A stretch of DNA of 64,000 nt from Diplonema japonicum. Lineage: Eukaryota; Protista; Euglenozoa: Diplonemea. The position numbers and the translations under genes are program-made. The notes under the pieces are model-generated. The model worked only from the letters and a program-made list of their open reading frames with translations. It was not told where the DNA came from and did no database searches. Below, in pieces: positions 55,457 to 64,000 of this stretch. How positions within the stretch are numbered: the first letter of the stretch is position 1; the number at the start of each line of letters is the position of its first letter. The stretch covers positions 186,001-250,000 of the forward strand of contig OZ025678.1 of NCBI GenBank assembly GCA_964019335.1, read 5' to 3'.

Positions 55457-55491
<35 letters not shown>

Positions 55492-55539
55492 ATTGCACCA
55501 CAGGAACCTTTACCTGAAAAGGTGAGGATTTTACACAAC

Positions 55540-58500
55540 ATGAGAATGATTAAGGGTCGCGCACTGATGGCCATATGTGGTGTTGGTTGGATGCTCGCAG
55601 GGCAAGAAGCGGAGGCTGTGACAGCCACACAAACGATCTCGATCACGCAGCCGACGGTGTCCACGTCGCTCACGGATTCTGTCACTGTTACAGTCCCTAC
55701 AGGAACGGCATCGACATCCATGTCAATGTCAGCATCCCTCCCCACAATGACGGGGTCCACTACGATGACAGTGCCTACAGGGACGGGCACTTTCTCCCTG
55801 AGTCACTCTGAGACGAAATCTGAATCTGTGTCAGTGTCACTCTTCACCGGGTCACAGACTATGTCCCTTTTCACAGGGACTGATTCCGTAACAATGTCAC
55901 TCCCCACTGGGAGTTTAACCATATCGCTTATCACGGGCACTGATACCACTACCTTCAGCTTGCCTACGGGAACGGCATCAGAGACCATCTCCCTCCCTAC
56001 CGGGACGGTTACGTCAACAGGTACAACGACATACACGGTAGGAACCGGGTCTGGCTCGACCACGCTCACCGGAACTAGGAGTATTGTTACTGGGACCGTG
56101 TCTTACTCGCTCAACACCGGAACGGCCTCCACCACCATGACCGTGCCTACGGGTACCGACTCTGCGTCCATCACACTGTCGCTCCCCACTAGGACCTCAA
56201 CCATGTCGCTCCCCACAGGGACCTCGACGACGACGATGACGCTCCCTACCGGGACAAGCACCGCGTCTGCGACTATCTCGCTCCCCACCGGAACCCAGTC
56301 CATGTCACACACGATCTCGAAGTCCCTGTCGGCAACATTCTCGCTCCCCGCGTTGAACAACTACACCATGAGCGTGGAGCCTGCGTCGTTCGTGGAGGGA
56401 CAGGAGATCAGGGTGCAGTTGAAGACAATCCTAGATGGAGTCGTTTCGAACTCGTCAACGAACCGTATTCAGTACGACAAGAAGCTCTTCAACGTGACGG
56501 ACGTTGGCTCTCTGCAGGTGAGGATGTACACGTGGTCGTCCACCTACACGTCGAACTGCGAGTTGTACAAGGGGATGACACCGTTGGCTGAAAGGAATGA
56601 GTTTGGTATGACGCAGAGCGCGCGTTACGAGGGACTTGTGTACGTGCAGTCGGCACACGTGACCTTCCCCGCCCCGTCTATGGCAACGAAGTTCGTGATC
56701 TGCTTCAAGCACAAGCTCCCGCAGTACGACTTCCACATCCCGAGCATCCCTGACCAGATGAACGACGTTTGGCAAGTCTTTTCCACTTCAGACGGGCAGT
56801 ACGTGTTCCAAGCTGCGGAGTCCCTTGCATGGTACTACCTCCCAGACCCGTCGGTGGGACAGTACGCCATCATCCAGTTGTTGAGTCAGGAGCCTGCCTG
56901 GAACTTCACTTATGCCCCGTCCAGTTGCCTCAGTACCAACGCAAAGTGCGGCTGGGGTGACAACTTGAAGATCGTGCCGAAGGGGATGGCGTGCACGTAC
57001 GAATATCAGTCCTTCGACCACGCATACCTCGGGTCTCTGTTCGTGGGCACTGACGGTAGCTGGATCGGCGGTGGGCTGGACTCTCTGAAGGAAGGTGCGA
57101 CTGCCGGAGGTGTCGGTGCATTCGGAACTCAGTTTGCTAACCCTCTTGTAGACACGTGGACTTCCTGGGGAACATACTTCCCTGCAAACGACGAAAACTA
57201 CCAGGGGACCAGTGTGGTGTCAGCACCTAGTGGCGGAGAGACTTCGCATGCCTACGCCTACGTGAGGCTTCCGCAGACTGTTGGAAGCTACGACATCTGT
57301 TTCTCGTCGCGCCAGCAGAGGATTTCTTGGAAGGGCGAAAACAGCACTATTGACAGTGTCCCCATGTGGAGGAAGCTGTTCAGATGCACGAGTGCCGCAG
57401 CATGTGCAGCGAATGACGCCAACACGCACTTCGCGACAGTGGCAGAGGAAGTGGGTTGGTCTATGTTTGACCTCTCAGCAAACACCTGGGGTGAGATCGT
57501 CTTCGACGACAGCGGGAAGGGGCAGCTCAGCAACAAGGCAGCGTCGAGCACGGTGATCGTGAGCTCCCCCATGGCAACGGCTGACTATCCACAAGTGCAG
57601 ACCACCACGGCGAACTACTGGGCCCCGGCTGGGGGAGACTACTTCCGCATTGTGCCTTCTTCACAGTTCACGGAAACCACCTCGACCCCGAGGGTGCACC
57701 CATTCACGAGCGGCGTGCGTCTTGGGTCGTTCCCATCTGTCGGGTGCTGGTCGCGTGCCTATGACGTTGCCACCTCCAGTGCTTCCTCCACGAGCCGTGG
57801 TGGGCAGGGCGGCTACGTTGACGACGGAGCGATGTACCCGATCGGGTCCAGGGACCTCACAGGAGACCCAACTCTTGCTTCACCGACAAACGACGCCGGA
57901 GCCCAGTCTGCAACCTACGCAAGTCTCTACGTCCCTGGTGAGCAAGAGATGTGGCACGTGTGTTACCGCAGGACGTGCACCTTCAGCGGAGCGACTTGCG
58001 CGAAGAACAGTGGTATGAGGGTACTTCCCTTCCACTACATGGGAGTCGGGTCGACCCCCACGAAGTGGCATCACCTCAACGGCAACTACCCGTACACGCA
58101 TGTTCTTGCTCCTGGTCGCTACAACGAGTCAGTATCGGGCGCCGCAGCAGGCACCACAATCATCGGTGACAACGGCTACCCCCCACTTGTAACTTGGTAC
58201 ACGAACGACACAAGGACCGAGACATGGGGGCCGATTGTGGTGGAGAGAACGAGTTCCACACAGAACAAAATGAAGCTGGACTCGAGGGCGTGGAACTTCG
58301 TGCGCGACTGGTCTACGCCTGAGGACAACCTCGCTATGACAGTTGGGAGCACGCTGAGGTTGGTTGGGTACGACAAGCCATGCGACTACCCAGGGTTCAC
58401 AGGCGCCATTAACCAAGGGGCAAAGAACGAGGATGGTGGTATGGTAGAATGCAACAGCGCGAGCGCCGAAGCACAGGACAACAAGGACGAAATGTGGAAT

Positions 58501-61500
58501 TGCATGGGGTCGGCATCGAACCTGAACAGCGTTTCAAACATGGCCTTCTACATAACAGTTCCGGAGATCGCGAATTACCGTGTGTGCTACCGTCTGGGAC
58601 CATGGAACTGGAGGGAGATCAGCCCCTCGTCGTACAGGGAGGCGTGGAACGACGCGACGAAGCCGATGCCCAAGGAAACCCTGAAGAGAGGAGACTGGGT
58701 ACAACCCGCATGGTGGTTCACACCTACGGCCAGTGCATTGTCGCACCTGTCACTGATGGTTGCGGAAGACAGGTCGCAGTTTGAAGCGCTCTTCATTGTG
58801 TCGGACACTCAGGGATCGCTTGCAGCGAAGGGAAGAAAGAAGTGCTCTGGAGGATGTGAGAGTTCGGGTGACGTGCTGCGCCTTGTCCCATACGGTTCGA
58901 AGTGCGACATCAACCCCAACCAATGGGACCCCCTCCTTGCAGACACACACTTGTCGCTGTACTGCGAAAAGCAGGGTGCTTCAGCAACTACGACTTCTGG
59001 GCTGTACTACGACAGCAGTGCGGTGACTCCATGTGCCCTTGCCAAGCCAACACAAGAAATGTGCGGTGGAACTTGCAGCTCTACGAACGCAATGCTGAGC
59101 CTGCTGGTGAAGAAGACCCCCGATCTTTACGACGATATCGTACCGCACGACCACACATACTTCGGGAGCTCAAAACTTGCAGCGACAGTGACGATCCCTA
59201 CGTACAACAGTGTGAACGCAGCGAAGAACTTCTACACGGTCTGCTACAAGCAGATGGAGACGTCGAACTGGGCGATTTTCAACAACACATGGGAAGTAAA
59301 GAAAGCACCTGCAATGTCGATGAGCCCCTTGGCGAGGTCGCAGAACCTGGTGGGCGGAGAGTTCAAGAAGTTTAAGATGACGCTTACAGACATGACTCTT
59401 CCGGTCAACACCGCGGGTACAGGTGCTCACGTCGGTTTCTATGCAAAACTCGTCCCGGAGTTGCCGCACCAGGATAACAACAACTGCCTGAACCAGCCGG
59501 GTGACACGGAGGGAGAGGCTTATGCTGCTGCGACATCAAAGGCCGTGTTCATTGCGGGTGGCGGTAACAATTCGATGTACTTCTACCTCACGGTCCCGCA
59601 GAAGCCCGGAAAGTACGTGCTGTGCGTGCAGCTTCGTAAGACAGCAGAGGACTCGATGTCGTGGTGGAGACCCGGAGGCTCAACCTCGTACGACTACGAT
59701 GTGCTTGACAACGGAATCAGGTGGTACGTGAAGGCCGGTGCTCAACCCACGAACAACGGTTTGTCTGCTGTGAAGCTGGTGCGTTGCACGCCGACGGACG
59801 CAGGCTGCAACTACGCGACGAACCAAGAGACGTTCAACACCAACCCAGATGGCGACTCCGCAAAGATTATCGCCACAACGTCACCCTGCAGCGACGGGTC
59901 GTCTCTGGTCTCGCCGTGGGGGGCATCGACACACGTTGGTGTCGAAGGCGGTGGCGCAATGGGCGTTAAAAACCTCGGCCCTAATGACGGACCTGCTGAT
60001 GTCGCTGAAATGCGTGTTACGCTTCCAGGGGTGGCTAGCGATGCACAGGTGCAATACAAGGTTTGTGTGAGAACGTTGTTGAACCACGCAAATATCGGGA
60101 CTGCTGGTGTGCCGCGTTGGGTTGAGGTGGCACAGGCCATGGGTATGGCAGAGCAGGTGCGTATCACTTATGCAGACACTTCAAAGTCTGCGTTCTACAC
60201 TGCTAAGGGGTTGATGAAGAGTTGGACCATGGACGCGGCTCTGTACCCCGCCAAGTCTCTGTTCACTGGGCCATCAGCGGACGCTGTGGGCTTTGCTGGG
60301 GCATCTACTCGCTACGTTTCGAACCCCTCGACGGCATCGTCCTCGACAGCGCCGACAGTGACCACTGGCTTTAAATTCAACTCGTACGCTAGTCTCGTGA
60401 CATCGCAGAAGAGCGGGAACCTATTCAAGCTTGTGAAGGTCGGTGGTCCCGGCACTAGGTACCCGGAGGGGTCTACATGGGGTCAGCCTTCCAAGTGGAG
60501 CATGGCCTCAGCGGCAGACTGCATGGGCCCAGCAGTGGCGACAGCCTCAAACACCGGGACCTGCAGCGACCCCGACGGATCCTCTGATACGACAGACGGG
60601 TCGGCTGTGTGCCCGCAGCTCATCGATGTAGCAACTGCAACGACGACGAGTCAGATCGAAGCTGTCTTCCACATTCCCCTGACCCCCGGTAAGTACCTGG
60701 TTTGCTACAAGGTGATGCACAGCAGCATTACGACCGAGAACCCGTGGTTGTGGCTCCCCTCGGAGGCAAACAACGACTACGGGTTGTACTCACACCCGAC
60801 TTTCCTCGAAGTGGAGGTGGCCAGCACGAAGTCGAACATTACCGCCTTTGACTTGCGTTCGATGCCGTCGACTTCGGGAGACGGATCCCAAGTTTCGGTT
60901 TCCAGTTGGTGTGCTCAGCCACCTCAGGCTGCCGATGAAGGTGTCCCCTGCAGCACGCAGAACAACGGCGGTTTCACCACTGATCTTGTCACAATCGTGA
61001 ACGACACGCAGGTCTGCCCGGCGCCCACGGTTGCCCCAGGTGGTGGCACCTCGTCAAGCGGGCAGCCTGGCCCGCGCTGGTTTGAACTCATCCGCACCAC
61101 TAACGTGTCTGCTGGTGTTTCAATCACGTGGAGTGCAACAGCGGATGCCTTTGCTCTGCCTCCCGTGAGCTACCCGTCGCTGTCTGGACAGTACAAGTTG
61201 TGCGTGTACAAGGCAGGTGAGGCGCAGACTGGTTACTTCGTTGACGGGGCGAGTGAGTACGTCGCGAAGCAAGGTGTGGTGTACCAGCTATTCAACCGTG
61301 GTTCTGCTGACAATGGTGGCGGGAGCGGTTTCTGGAGAGACTCTACTGGGGTTGGTGCGCCGGCACAACTTCTGGTGACCTCGACCCTGCAGTTCAACAG
61401 CAGCATCCGCTTCATGGAGTACGCAGCAAACCTGGAGACCCTGTACGGGGCGTCCGTGGTGTCGACAGATCTTGTGACGGATACTATGACAGGGACTGTG

Positions 61501-64000
61501 TCAAGGACGCCGCTGCTGCGCTCTGGGACGTCGGTTGAATACGTAGTGCAGGTTGCAACGAGTGATGGTGTGGCCATCCGATCGGGATCTTACCCCGTGG
61601 ATGTTATGAGGTGCCCGCGTGCAACTACGTGGACGAACGGACTCGAGTGCCCGACGTCTGTGCAAGTGGGACCTGATGTGTCGCCTGGGGACTTCATCAT
61701 TCAGAACGTGAACGGCGATTGCTCGATGGCGAATGGACCTGGCTACGGGTGGTATGCAAACGGGCTGAGGCAGTTCACTGTGGCTGGGGTTGTGAAGTTC
61801 AACATTCAATACCGCTCGGCGTGCCCCGCAGGTGAGTTTGGGTGCGGTATTCGCTTTGTGGCAAGTGCCAATATCAATAGTGTAGCCACGACACTGTCCA
61901 GTGCTGCGCAATGGGTAAACATAGACACTCACCCGCCGCTCTCTGTTGCTATCAACGGGCAGGAAGTGAACCCGACGATGGCACCTGCAGTCTCGACCTG
62001 CAAGACATCAAAAGAGCCGAACTGCTACATGCAGGAATGCTACCACATGAAGCCGTGCGTACTTAACTTCCAGGCGAGGTGGCAGGGACCGAGCGAGTTC
62101 TCCCCTAACGGAACCATCAACCTCCTGTACTCCGAGCAGGACTATGTTGGGTACAACGCGGCGAACGTACCTTCTGAAGTGAACACAATGCTGGGGAGCA
62201 CTTTCGGTACTCCCCCGATCTTCAGCCAGGCGCCGTGGGCACTTGGGGGCACCTACACCCACACTTTCACTCCGAACTTGAAATCCGGCTCCTCTGCCAC
62301 AGTCTACTTGAACGTTACCTTCGGGGAGAACTCTGTGACGGACTGGACGCGCTTCGTTGTGAAAGTGATCAAGCCTATTCCGAAGTCAGTTGCGATCCGC
62401 ATGGTGTACCCGATGGACGTGATGTCGGGATACACCTCAACAAGGTCACCTGCACCGGCATTCATTGCACGTGCTCCTGCTGACACCGCAACTGGGGTGA
62501 GCTTGCAAGCAAAGGTAGGGTCGTACTTGGAGGCACTCATTCCCTACAAGCTTACCTACGAGCCGATGGACGCAAACGGGATGAAGGTCCCGATGGTGAG
62601 CGGGGCATTGACTGGCTGGACTGTGACCGCGAAAATCGACGAGTCGTCGAACAGCAAAGTTCTTGGGGCGGCGGCGTCTGGAACTGCTCTCATCACTGAG
62701 CCAAAGGCCCTCCTTGCGCAGGCACTCTCTGTGGCTGGTAGCGGGACCTTCGATTTCACGTTCAGAGTGTACGTCGTGGACGGGATGTGCTCTCGTTTCA
62801 TTACTACAAAGGAAGGGTGCACCATCACTTTCTCCTTCGCACATGCCACGGAATCCACGATCACAACAAGCCTGCGCACTCCCGTGCGAGTCCTGGCAAG
62901 CACTGTCGAAGTCTCCATTGTAGGGACTGGGTCTGCAACTGGCGAGGCGACGGTGAGGAACGGTCTCGTTGTGGAGGCACGTCCGGGCACGTGGATTGTG
63001 TCCCCCCAGAATGTCGACACGTTCGTCTACGACGAGTTCCACCACGGCGACATCTTCGCACTGCTGAACTCCCCGTCCCCTACTAATGGGGCAACGAACA
63101 GGGACCACTTGAAGATCGAAGATGACAAATCTTATGGGGCGATGATGGTAAAAGGCTCTTGCGCATACGCAGATGGTGATGACTGCAAGGTCGCAAAATA
63201 CAGGACACAGGCCCTGTCCACGACTGGGTGGGGGGCAACGTGGGTGATGCGCCCTGACAAGCCATGCAAGAGCTGCGAATTCACTTTCCACTCCACGCTG
63301 GGTGCGGGACCTGAGTCGTACGACAAGACGAGAACAGCAAGCGGGAGGGGTTGGAAGACCTTGACTTGGACGGCAGAGACGATCGATCTGGTGTGCGCGG
63401 TGAAGGGAAGCACCGTTGCGGCTGGGTCAGCGACCGTGATCTACTTCACCTCAGGCAACACAGCATCTGCCAGCTTCGCTGTCACTGTGACAGCTGCAGC
63501 AACTGGGACGACCACCAGCGCTTACTACCCGAGGTGGTGGGTCTTCACTGACACAGCTTCTGATGTCACTGCCTCGTCGGGTTCGTACACTTTGAACCAG
63601 GCTGGCGCGACAGGAACCGTGTTGTCCGCAAAGATGGATCACGGTGTGGCGGAATTCGAAGACCTCAGCTTTGCTGGTTCTGCTGCTCCTACCGAAGGGA
63701 CCCCCGTCACAATGACCACCACTTTCCACACCGTCGGACTGCAGTACGCAGGCACAGAACCCGGCTCCATCCCGACTGGGACATCTGCTTACAGCTGTCA
63801 GGTTCTCGTGGACCTTACCTACCTGGCGCCAATTGCCGCGGTGTCGTACTTGGAGTTAACGCAGGTGGACGGGGCGACGGGTTTGTGTGGAACTGGTGTA
63901 TCAGCATCGAAATGCACTGACTGGAGCACGACGGTGGACAGCTTCACCACAGGGCTAACTTTCCACGTTGCAGTTAAGAAGATGTCGAACGGCGCAGTGT
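55540..64000 (+). CDS. Giant secreted/surface protein (>2820 aa, incomplete): signal peptide, Ser/Thr-rich repeats, repeated Cys-containing beta modules
   Basis: ATG 55540 gives MRMIKGRALMAICGVGWMLAGQEAEA, and the frame reads ...FHVAVKKMSNGAV at the window end. The ORF track lists no stop-terminated ORF in this frame, so it appears open throughout. SLPTGT repeats at ~55620-56350; recurring GD.L+LV....C and Y.VCY+ motifs. Confidence 0.9.
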   Translation, partial: MRMIKGRALMAICGVGWMLAGQEAEAVTATQTISITQPTVSTSLTDSVTVTVPTGTASTSMSMSASLPTMTGSTTMTVPTGTGTFSLSHSETKSESVSVSLFTGSQTMSLFTGTDSVTMSLPTGSLTISLITGTDTTTFSLPTGTASETISLPTGTVTSTGTTTYTVGTGSGSTTLTGTRSIVTGTVSYSLNTGTASTTMTVPTGTDSASITLSLPTRTSTMSLPTGTSTTTMTLPTGTSTASATISLPTGTQSMSHTISKSLSATFSLPALNNYTMSVEPASFVEGQEIRVQLKTILDGVVSNSSTNRIQYDKKLFNVTDVGSLQVRMYTWSSTYTSNCELYKGMTPLAERNEFGMTQSARYEGLVYVQSAHVTFPAPSMATKFVICFKHKLPQYDFHIPSIPDQMNDVWQVFSTSDGQYVFQAAESLAWYYLPDPSVGQYAIIQLLSQEPAWNFTYAPSSCLSTNAKCGWGDNLKIVPKGMACTYEYQSFDHAYLGSLFVGTDGSWIGGGLDSLKEGATAGGVGAFGTQFANPLVDTWTSWGTYFPANDENYQGTSVVSAPSGGETSHAYAYVRLPQTVGSYDICFSSRQQRISWKGENSTIDSVPMWRKLFRCTSAAACAANDANTHFATVAEEVGWSMFDLSANTWGEIVFDDSGKGQLSNKAASSTVIVSSPMATADYPQVQTTTANYWAPAGGDYFRIVPSSQFTETTSTPRVHPFTSGVRLGSFPSVGCWSRAYDVATSSASSTSRGGQGGYVDDGAMYPIGSRDLTGDPTLASPTNDAGAQSATYASLYVPGEQEMWHVCYRRTCTFSGATCAKNSGMRVLPFHYMGVGSTPTKWHHLNGNYPYTHVLAPGRYNESVSGAAAGTTIIGDNGYPPLVTWYTNDTRTETWGPIVVERTSSTQNKMKLDSRAWNFVRDWSTPEDNLAMTVGSTLRLVGYDKPCDYPGFTGAINQGAKNEDGGMVECNSASAEAQDNKDEMWNCMGSASNLNSVSNMAFYITVPEIANYRVCYRLGPWNWREISPSSYREAWNDATKPMPKETLKRGDWVQPAWWFTPTASALSHLSLMVAEDRSQFEALFIVSDTQGSLAAKGRKKCSGGCESSGDVLRLVPYGSKCDINPNQWDPLLADTHLSLYCEKQGASATTTSGLYYDSSAVTPCALAKPTQEMCGGTCSSTNAMLSLLVKKTPDLYDDIVPHDHTYFGSSKLAATVTIPTYNSVNAAKNFYTVCYKQMETSNWAIFNNTWEVKKAPAMSMSPLARSQNLVGGEFKKFKMTLTDMTLPVNTAGTGAHVGFYAKLVPELPHQDNNNCLNQPGDTEGEAYAAATSKAVFIAGGGNNSMYFYLTVPQKPGKYVLCVQLRKTAEDSMSWWRPGGSTSYDYDVLDNGIRWYVKAGAQPTNNGLSAVKLVRCTPTDAGCNYATNQETFNTNPDGDSAKIIATTSPCSDGSSLVSPWGASTHVGVEGGGAMGVKNLGPNDGPADVAEMRVTLPGVASDAQVQYKVCVRTLLNHANIGTAGVPRWVEVAQAMGMAEQVRITYADTSKSAFYTAKGLMKSWTMDAALYPAKSLFTGPSADAVGFAGASTRYVSNPSTASSSTAPTVTTGFKFNSYASLVTSQKSGNLFKLVKVGGPGTRYPEGSTWGQPSKWSMASAADCMGPAVATASNTGTCSDPDGSSDTTDGSAVCPQLIDVATATTTSQIEAVFHIPLTPGKYLVCYKVMHSSITTENPWLWLPSEANNDYGLYSHPTFLEVEVASTKSNITAFDLRSMPSTSGDGSQVSVSSWCAQPPQAADEGVPCSTQNNGGFTTDLVTIVNDTQVCPAPTVAPGGGTSSSGQPGPRWFELIRTTNVSAGVSITWSATADAFALPPVSYPSLSGQYKLCVYKAGEAQTGYFVDGASEYVAKQGVVYQLFNRGSADNGGGSGFWRDSTGVGAPAQLLVTSTLQFNSSIRFMEYAANLETLYGASVVSTDLVTDTMTGTVSRTPLLRSGTSVEYVVQVATSDGVAIRSGSYPVDVMRCPRATTWTNGLECPTSVQVGPDVSPGDFIIQNVNGDCSMANGPGYGWYANGLRQFTVAGVVKFNIQYRSACPAGEFGCGIRFVASANINSVATTLSSAAQWVNIDTHPPLSVAINGQEVNPTMAPAVSTCKTSKEPNCYMQECYHMKPCVLNFQARWQGPSEFSPNGTINLLYSEQDYVGYNAANVPSEVNTMLGSTFGTPPIFSQAPWALGGTYTHTFTPNLKSGSSATVYLNVTFGENSVTDWTRFVVKVIKPIPKSVAIRMVYPMDVMSGYTSTRSPAPAFIARAPADTATGVSLQAKVGSYLEALIPYKLTYEPMDANGMKVPMVSGALTGWTVTAKIDESSNSKVLGAAASGTALITEPKALLAQALSVAGSGTFDFTFRVYVVDGMCSRFITTKEGCTITFSFAHATESTITTSLRTPVRVLASTVEVSIVGTGSATGEATVRNGLVVEARPGTWIVSPQNVDTFVYDEFHHGDIFALLNSPSPTNGATNRDHLKIEDDKSYGAMMVKGSCAYADGDDCKVAKYRTQALSTTGWGATWVMRPDKPCKSCEFTFHSTLGAGPESYDKTRTASGRGWKTLTWTAETIDLVCAVKGSTVAAGSATVIYFTSGNTASASFAVTVTAAATGTTTSAYYPRWWVFTDTASDVTASSGSYTLNQAGATGTVLSAKMDHGVAEFEDLSFAGSAAPTEGTPVTMTTTFHTVGLQYAGTEPGSIPTGTSAYSCQVLVDLTYLAPIAAVSYLELTQVDGATGLCGTGVSASKCTDWSTTVDSFTTGLTFHVAVKKMSNGAV

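Overview
Eukaryotic protist DNA, most consistent with a euglenozoan and probably a diplonemid-like lineage. This is inferred from the gene organisation, short GT-AG introns, a PSP1 protein, a PDZ-plus-4TM protein and a giant Cys-repeat surface protein. About 27 protein-coding genes all lie on the + strand, separated by homopolymer-rich spacers, which suggests polycistronic organisation. Recognisable products: myotubularin-FYVE, CaiB CoA-transferase with a PTS2-like N-terminus, SDR, 2OG-Fe(II) oxygenase, SAM methyltransferase, PSP1, PP2A catalytic subunit, two RING proteins, kinesin, ORC6, a class-V PLP enzyme, two PPR-type proteins, an EF-hand protein, and a >2820-aa secreted protein that runs off the right end and is missing from the ORF track. 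The most striking signal is splicing architecture. I infer nine 37-75 nt GT-AG introns, several validated because splicing restores conserved domains; seven carry a G-run and a pure A17-35 tract where the polypyrimidine tract normally sits. Spacers also hold a piggyBac relic, head-to-tail non-LTR retrotransposon relics and a SINE-like family that end in T-tracts rather than A-tails, and several MITEs. All calls are by eye with no database searches, and homopolymer lengths may be imprecise in the assembly.
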